Shown here: piece after piece, positions 8,109 through 16,589 of the stretch
Numbering within the stretch: position 1 is the stretch's first letter
Layout: the number at the start of each line of letters is the position of its first letter
IMG/VR virus record: IMGVR_UViG_3300037487_000323
Coordinates: 1,387 to 65,386 of that record
Reading direction: 5' to 3' (one strand)
DNA: 64,000 nucleotides
DNA from: a virus
Taxonomy: Duplodnaviria > Caudoviricetes
The notes under the pieces: model-generated
Told to the model about the DNA's origin: nothing
Database searches by the model: none
Seen by the model: only the letters and a program-made list of their open reading frames with translations
Translations under genes and position numbers: made by a program

Positions 8109-9443
8109 ATGAATATGTTAGATAAGAAAACACCCTCCAGCCCAGAGTACATGCACCCTGCGGTCTATAAAAGGCACTACAAAGAAGCACTAAGGCTAAA
8201 CAGGCTATATGCGAATGAGTATCAATGCTACAGAAGAAAAGTAAGGAAACATCAGTCCCCTGCCTACATAAAAACCCAAAAAGCTCAGCTGCAAACAATT
8301 GCAAAGCAAGTCCAATATCAAGATAAGAAGAATGCAATCATAGATGAGCTAACAGATATGGTGTGGTATACGTACATAAGCCCGACAGCGACCACACTGA
8401 CTATTAAAAAGGTATACGTAAACAAGTTAGTGCGCGATGCGTTAAAAGAGGTAGGACAACGTCCTACGCAAACGAGGGTATTAACTCAAGAAATGCTACA
8501 TGACACTTTATATTATGATGCAGAGCTAGGTACGTTTGAGTGGCAAGAAGGTAATAAGGCGGGCAAACAGGTAAACCTCTCTAAACCCAAAACACCACCT
8601 AAAAAGCTACGCAAGCAGCACGAGTACACACTACCCTTAAAATCACGCTCTTATATGCCATCACATGCAGGGTATAAGATAATAACAGAGCGAGAATACG
8701 TAGATACCCTAGCAGGCATAAAGAACAAGCAAACGACATGGATTGATGTAAAGGGCATGTATAAAAAGACAGATACATCAATGGAACACGTGCATAAGCG
8801 GCAATACTTGGTACGTACAAGGAAGGAGCGAGGCAAGCCAGCACCACTAGAAGCCACTGAACGGGTGACATATTATATAAAGAGTATTGCTGCTACTAAT
8901 TCAAATCCCAATCTCAAGATAACGCTATGGGGGAAATCATACCCCGTTGTATGGCTCGCAACACTGTACATGGGAGCAGGTGGCGACTGGGACTATTCCA
9001 GTGGACTGGATAATATAAAAAAGAACTCTGACCACGTCATGACTGCTCCTCATGGACTACGCCAATACAATCACAAAACCAACAAGCCTATGCAAACTAA
9101 GCCGCGTGATGGGGACTGGTATAACCTCAAATGGGACAACATCAAGCCTGCTGAGTTTAGTACTGCATCAATAATAAAAGCACCAAGCGACACAAAGCCC
9201 AAACCCAAGCTATCGACTAACACATACTCACCCAAGCGTAACATAAAAAAAACCTACATAGCTCATGACCCGATGAATCCGAGATGGGCAGTAAATGTAG
9301 CAGGTAGAGTAAGTTATGAGTGGAGTGAGGCAGATGCAATGAGAGTCTATGAGGATAATATAAAGGCACTACGCGGCACTAAGCGTATGCTAAAGAACAA
9401 AACACTTATGGTGACACGAGTGGGCGGGAGTAAGTTTTACTAG
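8109..9443 (+). CDS. basic protein with degenerate HNH-like and AP2-like segments
   Basis: LTQEMLHDTLYYDAELGTFEW, GKSYPVVWLATLYMG, DGDWYNLKWDNIK, RWAVNV...SEADAMRVY. Confidence 0.6.
   Translation: MNMLDKKTPSSPEYMHPAVYKRHYKEALRLNRLYANEYQCYRRKVRKHQSPAYIKTQKAQLQTIAKQVQYQDKKNAIIDELTDMVWYTYISPTATTLTIKKVYVNKLVRDALKEVGQRPTQTRVLTQEMLHDTLYYDAELGTFEWQEGNKAGKQVNLSKPKTPPKKLRKQHEYTLPLKSRSYMPSHAGYKIITEREYVDTLAGIKNKQTTWIDVKGMYKKTDTSMEHVHKRQYLVRTRKERGKPAPLEATERVTYYIKSIAATNSNPNLKITLWGKSYPVVWLATLYMGAGGDWDYSSGLDNIKKNSDHVMTAPHGLRQYNHKTNKPMQTKPRDGDWYNLKWDNIKPAEFSTASIIKAPSDTKPKPKLSTNTYSPKRNIKKTYIAHDPMNPRWAVNVAGRVSYEWSEADAMRVYEDNIKALRGTKRMLKNKTLMVTRVGGSKFY
8451..8467. repeat. palindrome GTAGGAC-AAC-GTCCTAC (copy 3, intragenic)
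   Basis: Direct read. Confidence 0.9.
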
Positions 9444-9446
9444 GAG

Positions 9447-9635
9447 ATGGTAATGACACAAGAAGAGCGAGATAAGGTAATAGAGATGCTGGTATCTAAT
9501 TGGAAGCACAGCACATCTACAACAGCAACTAAAGCATTTTGGGTAAATTTTTATAATAGCTATACAGATGAGGACTTATTAGAAGAACTACTAAACCCAT
9601 ACAACAGAAGACGCTTGACAACACCCGACAACTAG
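9447..9635 (+). CDS. small early protein (paralog of 11606-11791)
   Basis: MTQEERDKVIEML...YNSYTDEDLLEELLNP; GGAG RBS. Confidence 0.7.
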   Translation: MVMTQEERDKVIEMLVSNWKHSTSTTATKAFWVNFYNSYTDEDLLEELLNPYNRRRLTTPDN

Positions 9636-9643
9636 CGTATAAT
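9615..9643 (+). promoter_or_regulatory. sigma70 early promoter P2
   Basis: Perfect TTGACA-N17-TATAAT. Confidence 0.9.
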
Positions 9644-9685
9644 ATGTCCTGTAGTTTGAAGAAAGAGAAGAAACACCCACCCGCT

Positions 9686-9731
9686 GTAGGACACCGTCCT
9701 ACACCACTAATTAAATAAATAAATAGGAATA
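9686..9731 (+). repeat. palindrome plus leader/RBS (copy 4)
   Basis: 46 bp identical to 6529-6574. Confidence 0.9.
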
Positions 9732-9737
9732 AAGACA

Positions 9738-10091
9738 ATGACAAAAAGAACATTTAAAGTATCACACATTACCACATGTGGTACACAATATTTCAGGGGA
9801 CAACACCTCCCCACCTTTCAGATAAGCGTCACAGGCAACACTACTTATAAAGAAATGCTAGGCATGTGCCTAGAGTGGCAGAACACTGACCACCTTCGGT
9901 GGTTATTCCGTAACAACGAAGATTACAATGCCTTTAGAGATGCAATAACTGAAATGTTCTCTACTGTTGAGGACATGGACACTGCATTCCAACCAGACCT
10001 AGACAGCCCAGATACAGAAGAAGAGTGGGAGTACTGGGACGTGTGCGCATTCTTTGTAGTAGAGATATTAGGAGAAGATGATGAACTATAA
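9738..10091 (+). CDS. hypothetical early protein
   Basis: 117 aa, AGGA RBS in the repeated leader. Confidence 0.75.
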   Translation: MTKRTFKVSHITTCGTQYFRGQHLPTFQISVTGNTTYKEMLGMCLEWQNTDHLRWLFRNNEDYNAFRDAITEMFSTVEDMDTAFQPDLDSPDTEEEWEYWDVCAFFVVEILGEDDEL

Positions 10092-10683
10092 AGACTTAAC
10101 AGACAGCGCAAAGGAGTGCGCTTATAAGAACTTTCAGGAGTATAACAGTGGAGAAGGGTTTGGCTTTCAGGTAGAGAGCATCCTAGAAGATTGCCGTGAC
10201 ATGATAGAGACTAAGGGCATCTATGAGCCTGTATTTAGTTACTCAGGCTTTCACTCTCAAGGGGAGGGCGCATGTTTTACGGGGAATATAGACTTAAAAG
10301 ATTTCCTTGATGCACACCCTGAAGTGCGTAATAACCACCGAGAGCTGTACATAGCAGTCATACCTTTTGGGGGTAAAGAACCTGCGTGTCGTTACTTCGA
10401 CATAAACCTAACCCGTAGGACGATGTCCTACAACCACGAGAACACCGTACACTTAGTGGCATGGGACTTTGAGGTAACAGGTGCAGGGTGGGATGATGCT
10501 AACAACGGGTACTACGAGAAGCTCTTTGTAGATGCAGAAAAAGATATAGAAGAAACATGCAGAGACTATATGCGGCAACTGTACCGCACACTGGAGGAAG
10601 CTTACGAGTACTCAACAAGCTTAGATGCATTTCTTGAGCAGGCAGAGTTTCAAGACTTTAATGAGAGTGGAGAGTTATCATGA
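10078..10683 (+). CDS. acidic hypothetical early protein
   Basis: 201 aa with YSGFHSQGEGACF motif; contains palindrome copy 5. Confidence 0.75.
   Translation: MMNYKDLTDSAKECAYKNFQEYNSGEGFGFQVESILEDCRDMIETKGIYEPVFSYSGFHSQGEGACFTGNIDLKDFLDAHPEVRNNHRELYIAVIPFGGKEPACRYFDINLTRRTMSYNHENTVHLVAWDFEVTGAGWDDANNGYYEKLFVDAEKDIEETCRDYMRQLYRTLEEAYEYSTSLDAFLEQAEFQDFNESGELS
10415..10431. repeat. palindrome GTAGGAC-GAT-GTCCTAC (copy 5, intragenic)
   Basis: Direct read; flanks shared with copy 7. Confidence 0.9.
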
Positions 10684-10913
10684 AGGACGTAACGGGAGTT
10701 CGCATAATGGTGTTAGTATACCCAGTTGATATATATGATAGAGAAGATGCCGAGAATATAGAGAATAATATATACAGTATTGAAGAACTAGAATCAGTTA
10801 TACCTGACGATGTGCAAATGTTTACCCTTACAGACTTTATGGACGCTTGCAATAATGAGGATATTTCTCTTGAAACCTCTTGGATAGGCTATATTCGGGA
10901 GTACATGGCATGA
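10680..10913 (+). CDS. hypothetical protein
   Basis: 77 aa, ATGA coupling. Confidence 0.7.
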   Translation: MKDVTGVRIMVLVYPVDIYDREDAENIENNIYSIEELESVIPDDVQMFTLTDFMDACNNEDISLETSWIGYIREYMA

Positions 10914-11131
10914 TAGGTATAGCATTTGCAAGGACAAGTATGGAAGGTGTCTATGGAATAACACCTAATAAGATGTATATGAGCACGAAGTGGGACGCAG
11001 AACATGAATGGTCTATGACCATTCTAAATGACGACGGGTTCGAGATGTTTATACTAGAAAAAGAATGTACCTTTTTAAAAGGCGGGAACTGGGAGTTTAT
11101 AAGACCCAGCGAACTTGGAGAATTAATTTAA
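10910..11131 (+). CDS. hypothetical protein
   Basis: ATGA-coupled start at 10910 with GGAG RBS. Confidence 0.65.
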   Translation: MIGIAFARTSMEGVYGITPNKMYMSTKWDAEHEWSMTILNDDGFEMFILEKECTFLKGGNWEFIRPSELGELI

Positions 11132-11142
11132 AAAACAAAAAC

Positions 11143-11290
11143 CTGAGCTGAGCAGGTGGGGCAACCTTTTCCTCAGACAGCCGTAAATTAACGAGTGGGC
11201 TGTGTCAATAACCGTTAAGCTTAAGGGAGTGATATACCTATTATGTACAAAACCCGTTGCTTGCCTTAAGATCCCAACCATTACGGGATA
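11143..11290 (+). ncRNA. candidate structured RNA
   Basis: About 190-nt gene-free gap with pairings CTGAG/CTCAG, CCGTAA/TTACGG, TTAACG/CGTTAA, CTTAAGG/CCTTAAG. Confidence 0.4.
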
Positions 11291-11321
11291 TACCGTATAA
11301 CCTAACACACAGGATAAAACA

Positions 11322-11609
11322 ATGAGCGCACAATCAGATATAAGAAGTACAGGTGAGACTAAAGAAAGATCAGATGCGATTAATCGCATTATGCAAACAT
11401 ACGCACAAGCAATAGTAGACCGTAACGCACATGTGGCTAAGTTACAGGGACTTACTTGTATTTTAGTATTAGCTTTAGTATGCACAGTAGGTGTAAGCAG
11501 GTGGGTAATATATAAATCAGGAGCTAATACTGTATGTGAACAGCAGTCATATACCCAAGCCCAACCAGCGCACAAAAAGAGTGGGTTAGACTATACCATA
11601 AAGCCATGA
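11322..11609 (+). CDS. membrane-anchored hypothetical protein
   Basis: 95 aa, one hydrophobic segment, AGGA RBS. Confidence 0.7.
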   Translation: MSAQSDIRSTGETKERSDAINRIMQTYAQAIVDRNAHVAKLQGLTCILVLALVCTVGVSRWVIYKSGANTVCEQQSYTQAQPAHKKSGLDYTIKP

Positions 11610-11791
11610 CCCCCGAAGAACGGGAGAGAGCCATTCAGATAATGGCAGATAGGTACACAATCAGATATGAGAAGTACCATGTGGATAAAAGAAGGGCGTT
11701 AGAATATGCAACGTTTCACTACAACTTATACTCGGATGAAGCACTACTGAGCCTTATCATTAACCCTAAAGACCACAAACTTATACTCTGA
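11606..11791 (+). CDS. small early protein (paralog of 9447-9635)
   Basis: MTPEERERAIQIM...YNLYSDEALLSLIINP. Confidence 0.7.
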   Translation: MTPEERERAIQIMADRYTIRYEKYHVDKRRALEYATFHYNLYSDEALLSLIINPKDHKLIL

Positions 11792-11840
11792 TGAAGCACT
11801 ACTGAGCCTTATCATTAACCATAAAGACCACAACGTATAC
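11721..11840 (+). repeat. 54/55-bp tandem duplication
   Basis: 11721-11774 and 11775-11829 near-identical, plus a partial third unit. Confidence 0.85.
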
Positions 11841-11848
11841 CCTACCAC

Positions 11849-11877
11849 TTGACAAGTAAAGACAACTACTGTATAAT
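11849..11877 (+). promoter_or_regulatory. sigma70 early promoter P3
   Basis: Perfect TTGACA-N17-TATAAT; downstream ATGTACTGTAGTTT shared with P4 and nearly with P2. Confidence 0.9.
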
Positions 11878-11932
11878 ATGTACTGTAGTTTGAAGTAACG
11901 CCTCACCCTCTTAAGGGGTTGCATAACATAAC

Positions 11933-11949
11933 GTAGGACGATGTCCTAC
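11933..11949. repeat. palindrome GTAGGAC-GAT-GTCCTAC (copy 6)
   Basis: Immediately before an AGGAG RBS. Confidence 0.9.
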
Positions 11950-11960
11950 AGGAGACTGAC

Positions 11961-12239
11961 ATGATAACAATAAAAACAAATAAACAATACAGATCTATTC
12001 TTACATGGGAGGACTTAACCCCAAAAGAACAAAAAGAATATGACTTTAGGGGCAAAGAGTACAGCTCGTATTTTAGGTATAGGAACTGGGTGTACACCCT
12101 TGAGGATTTTATGCGGACTAACGGGAACGATACCTTAAACAAATGGGACGGGTATCTCGGAGATAGTTTTTTTAGTGGCATCCTTGTGAAATACAGTAAC
12201 TGCGGTGATGCAGTTATGGTTGGAACTTATTATAGTTAA
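11961..12239 (+). CDS. hypothetical early protein
   Basis: 92 aa, AGGAG RBS. Confidence 0.8.
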   Translation: MITIKTNKQYRSILTWEDLTPKEQKEYDFRGKEYSSYFRYRNWVYTLEDFMRTNGNDTLNKWDGYLGDSFFSGILVKYSNCGDAVMVGTYYS

Positions 12240-12437
12240 TTGGAGAATGAAATGAACAGCTTAACACAAGAACAAAGACGTGTAATGGTAAAAACAATTG
12301 CTCGTGATAGAGCAGAAAGAGCCTCAAGCGAGGAGCTAATGGCACTGTATACCCAAACTCAAATAGATGAGATATGGGACGACTACGAAGGCGATAAACA
12401 ACTAATGCAACTACTAGAGGAATGCAACAATGACTAA
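12240..12437 (+). CDS. hypothetical protein
   Basis: ORF track; the true start may be a downstream ATG after GGAG. Confidence 0.65.
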   Translation: MENEMNSLTQEQRRVMVKTIARDRAERASSEELMALYTQTQIDEIWDDYEGDKQLMQLLEECNND

Positions 12438-13293
12438 CATAAAATCACTATCATCATCAGCCATGCTGGTGGAACTTAACATCAGCCTATGGACAGCTCG
12501 CAAGCTGGACAAAAAGGTATCTAATGACGTAGATATCAGTAACAGCACACGTACTAAGGCGGGGAATTACCACAAGAACCTGTTAGCAGGTGACGAGTCG
12601 CTGTCAGCTATACAGAAATTAGCTGGGTTTATCAGAACTTACCATATGTCGGTAACAAGCCCTTGGAATGATGCAGGGCAACGGCTGCTAAGTACAGGTA
12701 TGTTTATCACATACCGCCAAGAAATGTCACGCTTAGAGAACGAGTACTGGGGGCTAGTCAATCAGTTCTTACCTGAGTATGGGGTAAAGATTAGCGCAGC
12801 AGCGTTCCAGTTAGGCGCATTGTTTAATAGGGATGAGTACCCTGACGTAGATCAGGTACAGCATAAGTTTGGCATGTCAGTGCGATATACCCCAGTGCCT
12901 GAGTCTGGGGACTTTAGGGTAGATGTAACCAACGAGGCTATGAATGACCTAAAAGACCAGTACGACATGGTATACAAGTCTAACCTAGACAAGGTAACTA
13001 AGGATGCGTGGGACAGGTTACACAAGGTCTTAACACAGCTTTCATTCGGGCTACGTACTGATGAGGACGGCAAGCAGGGCAAAATCTACAGCTCAGTAGT
13101 AGAGAACGCTCAAGAACTATGCAATATGCTGACTTATTTTAATGTATCAGGGGACACACAGTTAGAGGCTATGCGTATTAAATTAGAAGATACTATGATG
13201 GGGCTTGATGTTAAGGACATTAAGGACTCAGATTATATCAGGGGCACAGTTAAGCATACTGTAGATGCAATGTTAGACAAATTTAATTTTTAA
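12430..13293 (+). CDS. DUF3150-like helical phage protein
   Basis: MLVELNISLWTARKLD, PWNDAGQRLL, LGALFNRDEYP; linked to the AAA+/vWA genes. Confidence 0.6.
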   Translation: MTNIKSLSSSAMLVELNISLWTARKLDKKVSNDVDISNSTRTKAGNYHKNLLAGDESLSAIQKLAGFIRTYHMSVTSPWNDAGQRLLSTGMFITYRQEMSRLENEYWGLVNQFLPEYGVKISAAAFQLGALFNRDEYPDVDQVQHKFGMSVRYTPVPESGDFRVDVTNEAMNDLKDQYDMVYKSNLDKVTKDAWDRLHKVLTQLSFGLRTDEDGKQGKIYSSVVENAQELCNMLTYFNVSGDTQLEAMRIKLEDTMMGLDVKDIKDSDYIRGTVKHTVDAMLDKFNF

Positions 13294-13304
13294 GGAGAGC
13301 AGTT

Positions 13305-13532
13305 ATGAGAGCATTAGTAAGTTTTTTTGTAGTAGTTATAGCGTTAGGGTTAATATGCGGATCAGTGTCAGCAGCTAAGGTAAGTGATGCAGAACGCCAT
13401 GAGATATACAACAAACAGTTTGCTAAAGAGGAGACTGAGTTAGATAAGCTGATGAACGACCACTTCGGGAGTTGGAAATGCTACGATATACCCCCATGTA
13501 ACCAGCTTGTAGATGCAAATGGGGAGGAGTAA
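13305..13532 (+). CDS. small protein with signal peptide
   Basis: Hydrophobic N-terminus ending VSA-A; AAGGAG RBS. Confidence 0.7.
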   Translation: MRALVSFFVVVIALGLICGSVSAAKVSDAERHEIYNKQFAKEETELDKLMNDHFGSWKCYDIPPCNQLVDANGEE

Positions 13533-13541
13533 GAGCAGGGG

Positions 13542-13570
13542 TTGACAACTACCCTATAACCCTGTATAAT
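13542..13570 (+). promoter_or_regulatory. sigma70 early promoter P4
   Basis: Perfect TTGACA-N17-TATAAT. Confidence 0.9.
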
Positions 13571-13623
13571 ATGTACTGTAGTTTAGATAAAGTCTCATCC
13601 ACTTAAAGGATTGAACCCAACCC

Positions 13624-13640
13624 GTAGGACGATGTCCTAC
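13624..13640. repeat. palindrome GTAGGAC-GAT-GTCCTAC (copy 7)
   Basis: Followed by leader CACAACTAGGAAATTGACATGAA, repeated at 13972-13994. Confidence 0.9.
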
Positions 13641-13657
13641 ACAACTAGGAAATTGAC

Positions 13658-13924
13658 ATGAACAACAACAAATTAGTAGGCGCAGTAATTTCATCAATGG
13701 TAGAAAAATTTCAAGTTATTGAAATTAAGGTTTTAAATGTAGAGGAGGGTCGCTTAGCAACGAGTGACTATAAAATAACTATTTTGCTCGGTCAAGGTCA
13801 GCAGATAAGTTTAGTAATAAACTACCACGCTCGAATCAAAGAGCTGACAGTAAAAAACAATAGTATTACAGCGATGAGTATTAATGCGCTGTCGTACATT
13901 GAATCAATTACAGCGGGCTTTTAA
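13658..13924 (+). CDS. hypothetical protein
   Basis: 88 aa between duplicated 23-bp RBS/start leaders. Confidence 0.7.
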   Translation: MNNNKLVGAVISSMVEKFQVIEIKVLNVEEGRLATSDYKITILLGQGQQISLVINYHARIKELTVKNNSITAMSINALSYIESITAGF

Positions 13925-13989
13925 GATTAAACCCCAACCCAAGGCCGTTATGAGCGGCCTATACCAACCACCACAACTAGGAAATTGAC

Positions 13990-15063
13990 ATGAAAAAACC
14001 ATACAGCAGTATATCCATGCAAGAAACCATCAGCCTTATTAGTAAGATAGGCGACACACTAACAGTTCTAGTACAAGGAGAGATGGGTATTGGTAAGAGC
14101 AGCATACTTAAGTCTCTAGTAGAGATTTACCCCAACCATATACCCTGCTACATAGATATCACAACTAAAGATGTAGGTGACTTCCTTGTACCACAGATAC
14201 GTACCCTTGATGGTACACCTGTATGCTCCTTTATACCCAACGAGGAGTTTGGCTTTCACTTAAACAAACCGCTTATACTTATGTTAGATGAGATAGGTAA
14301 AGCAGGTAAAGCAGTCATGAATGCCTGCTTGCGTTTAATGTTAGAGCGTAAGTTAGGTATTCACTCACTACCAGAAGGCTCAATTGTATTCGCTACAACT
14401 AACTTAGCGGCAGAGGGTATTGGGGATAACTTACCGCCCCATGCTAGAAACAGAGTGTGTGTAGTCAAGATGCGTAAGCCTACGGCGGAGCAGTGGAGAT
14501 GGGACTATGCTCAGAACGCTGGTGTTGACCCTGTAGTAATAGCAACAGCTATTGAGTACCCGTCTATGTTTGGTAGCTTCGAGGACTATGAACGCCCTGA
14601 TATGAACGAGTATATCAATGACCCACGTGTACCTAGAGCTGCATTTGTTACACCACGTTCAATGGAGAGAGCATCCGACATACTCAAGAGATGCCGCGAT
14701 ATGCCTGAAGATGTACTAACACATGCCTTGTTCGGTGTAATAGGTGAGAGGGCTACTATGGATATGATAAATATTCTTAAGCTGGATAATCAAATGCCCG
14801 CGTGGTCAGAGATCATAAACAAACCATCTACTACTATTATCCCGCCTAACGGTGCGGCTGTGTGTCTTGTAGTTAGTAAGGCATTAAGTAATGTAGTAGC
14901 TGAAACATTCGATGTATGGATGACGTATTTAGCTAGGATGCCACGAGAAGCCCAAGCCTTGTTCGCTATGGGTGTGATGTCAAACAAGAGCCCTAAACGT
15001 ACCATAGCAGTGACTAACAAGATGTTCACTGCATATGCTGTATCTCAAGGTTATTTATTCTAG
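13990..15063 (+). CDS. AAA+ ATPase (MoxR/dynein-related type)
   Basis: Walker A GEMGIGKSS, Walker B LMLDE, sensor ATTN, TPRS. Confidence 0.9.
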   Translation: MKKPYSSISMQETISLISKIGDTLTVLVQGEMGIGKSSILKSLVEIYPNHIPCYIDITTKDVGDFLVPQIRTLDGTPVCSFIPNEEFGFHLNKPLILMLDEIGKAGKAVMNACLRLMLERKLGIHSLPEGSIVFATTNLAAEGIGDNLPPHARNRVCVVKMRKPTAEQWRWDYAQNAGVDPVVIATAIEYPSMFGSFEDYERPDMNEYINDPRVPRAAFVTPRSMERASDILKRCRDMPEDVLTHALFGVIGERATMDMINILKLDNQMPAWSEIINKPSTTIIPPNGAAVCLVVSKALSNVVAETFDVWMTYLARMPREAQALFAMGVMSNKSPKRTIAVTNKMFTAYAVSQGYLF

Positions 15064-15066
15064 GGG

Positions 15067-16320
15067 GTGTGTAATGGCAATGACAAAAGAAGAAAGAAGA
15101 AAGAAGAAAGAAGAATGTATGAGGCTAAATACAGAGCCGCAAATCCAAAGGAGAATACCATGAGTTTATCAGCAGAAGATAAAATCACTAAAGCCCATAT
15201 AGCACTAATGCAACACAAGACTACCCTAGCGTACTCAGGGCTGTTAATGGTAGGTAAGGCAGAGATTAAAGATGGTTGTCCTACCGCCTGTACTAATGGG
15301 CGAGATGTTATCTATGGTAGGGCATTTGTTGAGGGTCTTACTGACCAAGAAGTACGGGGGCTAGTCTTACATGAAACAAAGCATAAGATATACCAACACC
15401 TATTTACATGGCGCAAACTGTATGACGAGGATGCACAGTTAGCCAATCAAGCGTGTGATTATGTGATTAACCTAGAGATCAAAGACCTTAACCCTTACGA
15501 GGATTTCATCAAATTACCAGCAGGTGCATTAATAGACGAGTGCTATAGGGGCTTAGATAGCGGCGAGGTATTTGCACGGTTGAAGCAGGATAAGAAAGAC
15601 GGTAAGGGTAAAGGAGGTAAGGGTGAACCACTAGATGAGCATGACTGGGAGGGAGCACAAGCATTAGGTGAGGAAGAACAGAAAGAGTTAGCCAAAGAGA
15701 TAGATGCCGCTATTAGAACAGGTGCACTACTAGCGGGTAAACAGGGGGGCGATGTTGATAGGAGCTTTGATAGCCTCATGCAGTCTAAAGTTGACTGGGC
15801 TGAGCAGCTAAGAGAGTTCGTATCATCGACCTGTGTAGGTAAGGGTGACAGTACATGGGCTAAGCCTAATAGACGTTGGTTACAGCACGATATGTACTTA
15901 CCTAGTCAGATCAGTGAGAGTATTGGTAGCATCTGCGTAGCAGTAGATACATCGGGCAGTATATCAGGGGAGGATATAACAAAGGCATTGTCAGAGATCG
16001 TAGCTATATGCGATAATTGTACCCCTGAAAAGATTGACCTGTTGTACTGGGATACTCAGGTTGCCTCTCATGAGCAATATCATGAAGGTAGTTATAGTGG
16101 GCTAATGACCTCTACAAAACCTAAAGGTGGGGGTGGGTCATCGTCACTGTGTGTATTTGGCTATGTGCTAGAGAACAAGCTAGAGCCTCAATGCCTTATC
16201 TTAATTACTGATGGGTATATTGAGTACCCAACACAAGCTCCTACGTACCCAGTTATATGGGTAATGGTAGGCAATAAAAATACTGTACCTGCATTTGGGG
16301 TAGTGATACAGGTGGATTAA
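15067..16320 (+). CDS. DUF2201-type metallopeptidase-vWA protein (likely start 15160)
   Basis: HExxH (LHETKH), MIDAS DTSGS, ITDG; AAGGAG before ATG 15160. Confidence 0.85.
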   Translation: MCNGNDKRRKKKEERRMYEAKYRAANPKENTMSLSAEDKITKAHIALMQHKTTLAYSGLLMVGKAEIKDGCPTACTNGRDVIYGRAFVEGLTDQEVRGLVLHETKHKIYQHLFTWRKLYDEDAQLANQACDYVINLEIKDLNPYEDFIKLPAGALIDECYRGLDSGEVFARLKQDKKDGKGKGGKGEPLDEHDWEGAQALGEEEQKELAKEIDAAIRTGALLAGKQGGDVDRSFDSLMQSKVDWAEQLREFVSSTCVGKGDSTWAKPNRRWLQHDMYLPSQISESIGSICVAVDTSGSISGEDITKALSEIVAICDNCTPEKIDLLYWDTQVASHEQYHEGSYSGLMTSTKPKGGGGSSSLCVFGYVLENKLEPQCLILITDGYIEYPTQAPTYPVIWVMVGNKNTVPAFGVVIQVD

Positions 16321-16535
16321 TGACAGTACGCATAGACTTAAAACTTAAGCAGATGACTTCCCTAGATGATGTTGTTACTAAGCTAGGGGATATAGTACAT
16401 TTTGAGGATTTATCCGACCTTGACCCACCTATACCAGAGAGAATGGCTTTGCTTAAGATTAGTGTAGCTAAAGATATTATCCCTAATATAGGTACAAGAT
16501 TAGATGACACCACATATATAGTCCACGAATTATAG
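16320..16535 (+). CDS. hypothetical protein
   Basis: 71 aa, TAATG coupling. Confidence 0.7.
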   Translation: MTVRIDLKLKQMTSLDDVVTKLGDIVHFEDLSDLDPPIPERMALLKISVAKDIIPNIGTRLDDTTYIVHEL

Positions 16536-16548
16536 AGAGCAGTCATGA

Positions 16549-16570
16549 GCGTAGGGCGATTGTCCTACGC
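16549..16570. repeat. variant palindrome GCGTAGGGC-GATT-GTCCTACGC (copy 8)
   Basis: One G-T wobble, 4-nt loop, just before an AGGAG RBS. Confidence 0.8.
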
Positions 16571-16589
16571 AAATTAATCAGGAGTTAAA

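Noticed and set aside
6529-16570. GTAGGAC palindromes or the 33-bp pair as CRISPR repeats or integron attC sites
   Set aside because: Spacing is irregular and kb-scale (127-nt gap for the pair), no attC core sites were recognised and no integrase is present.
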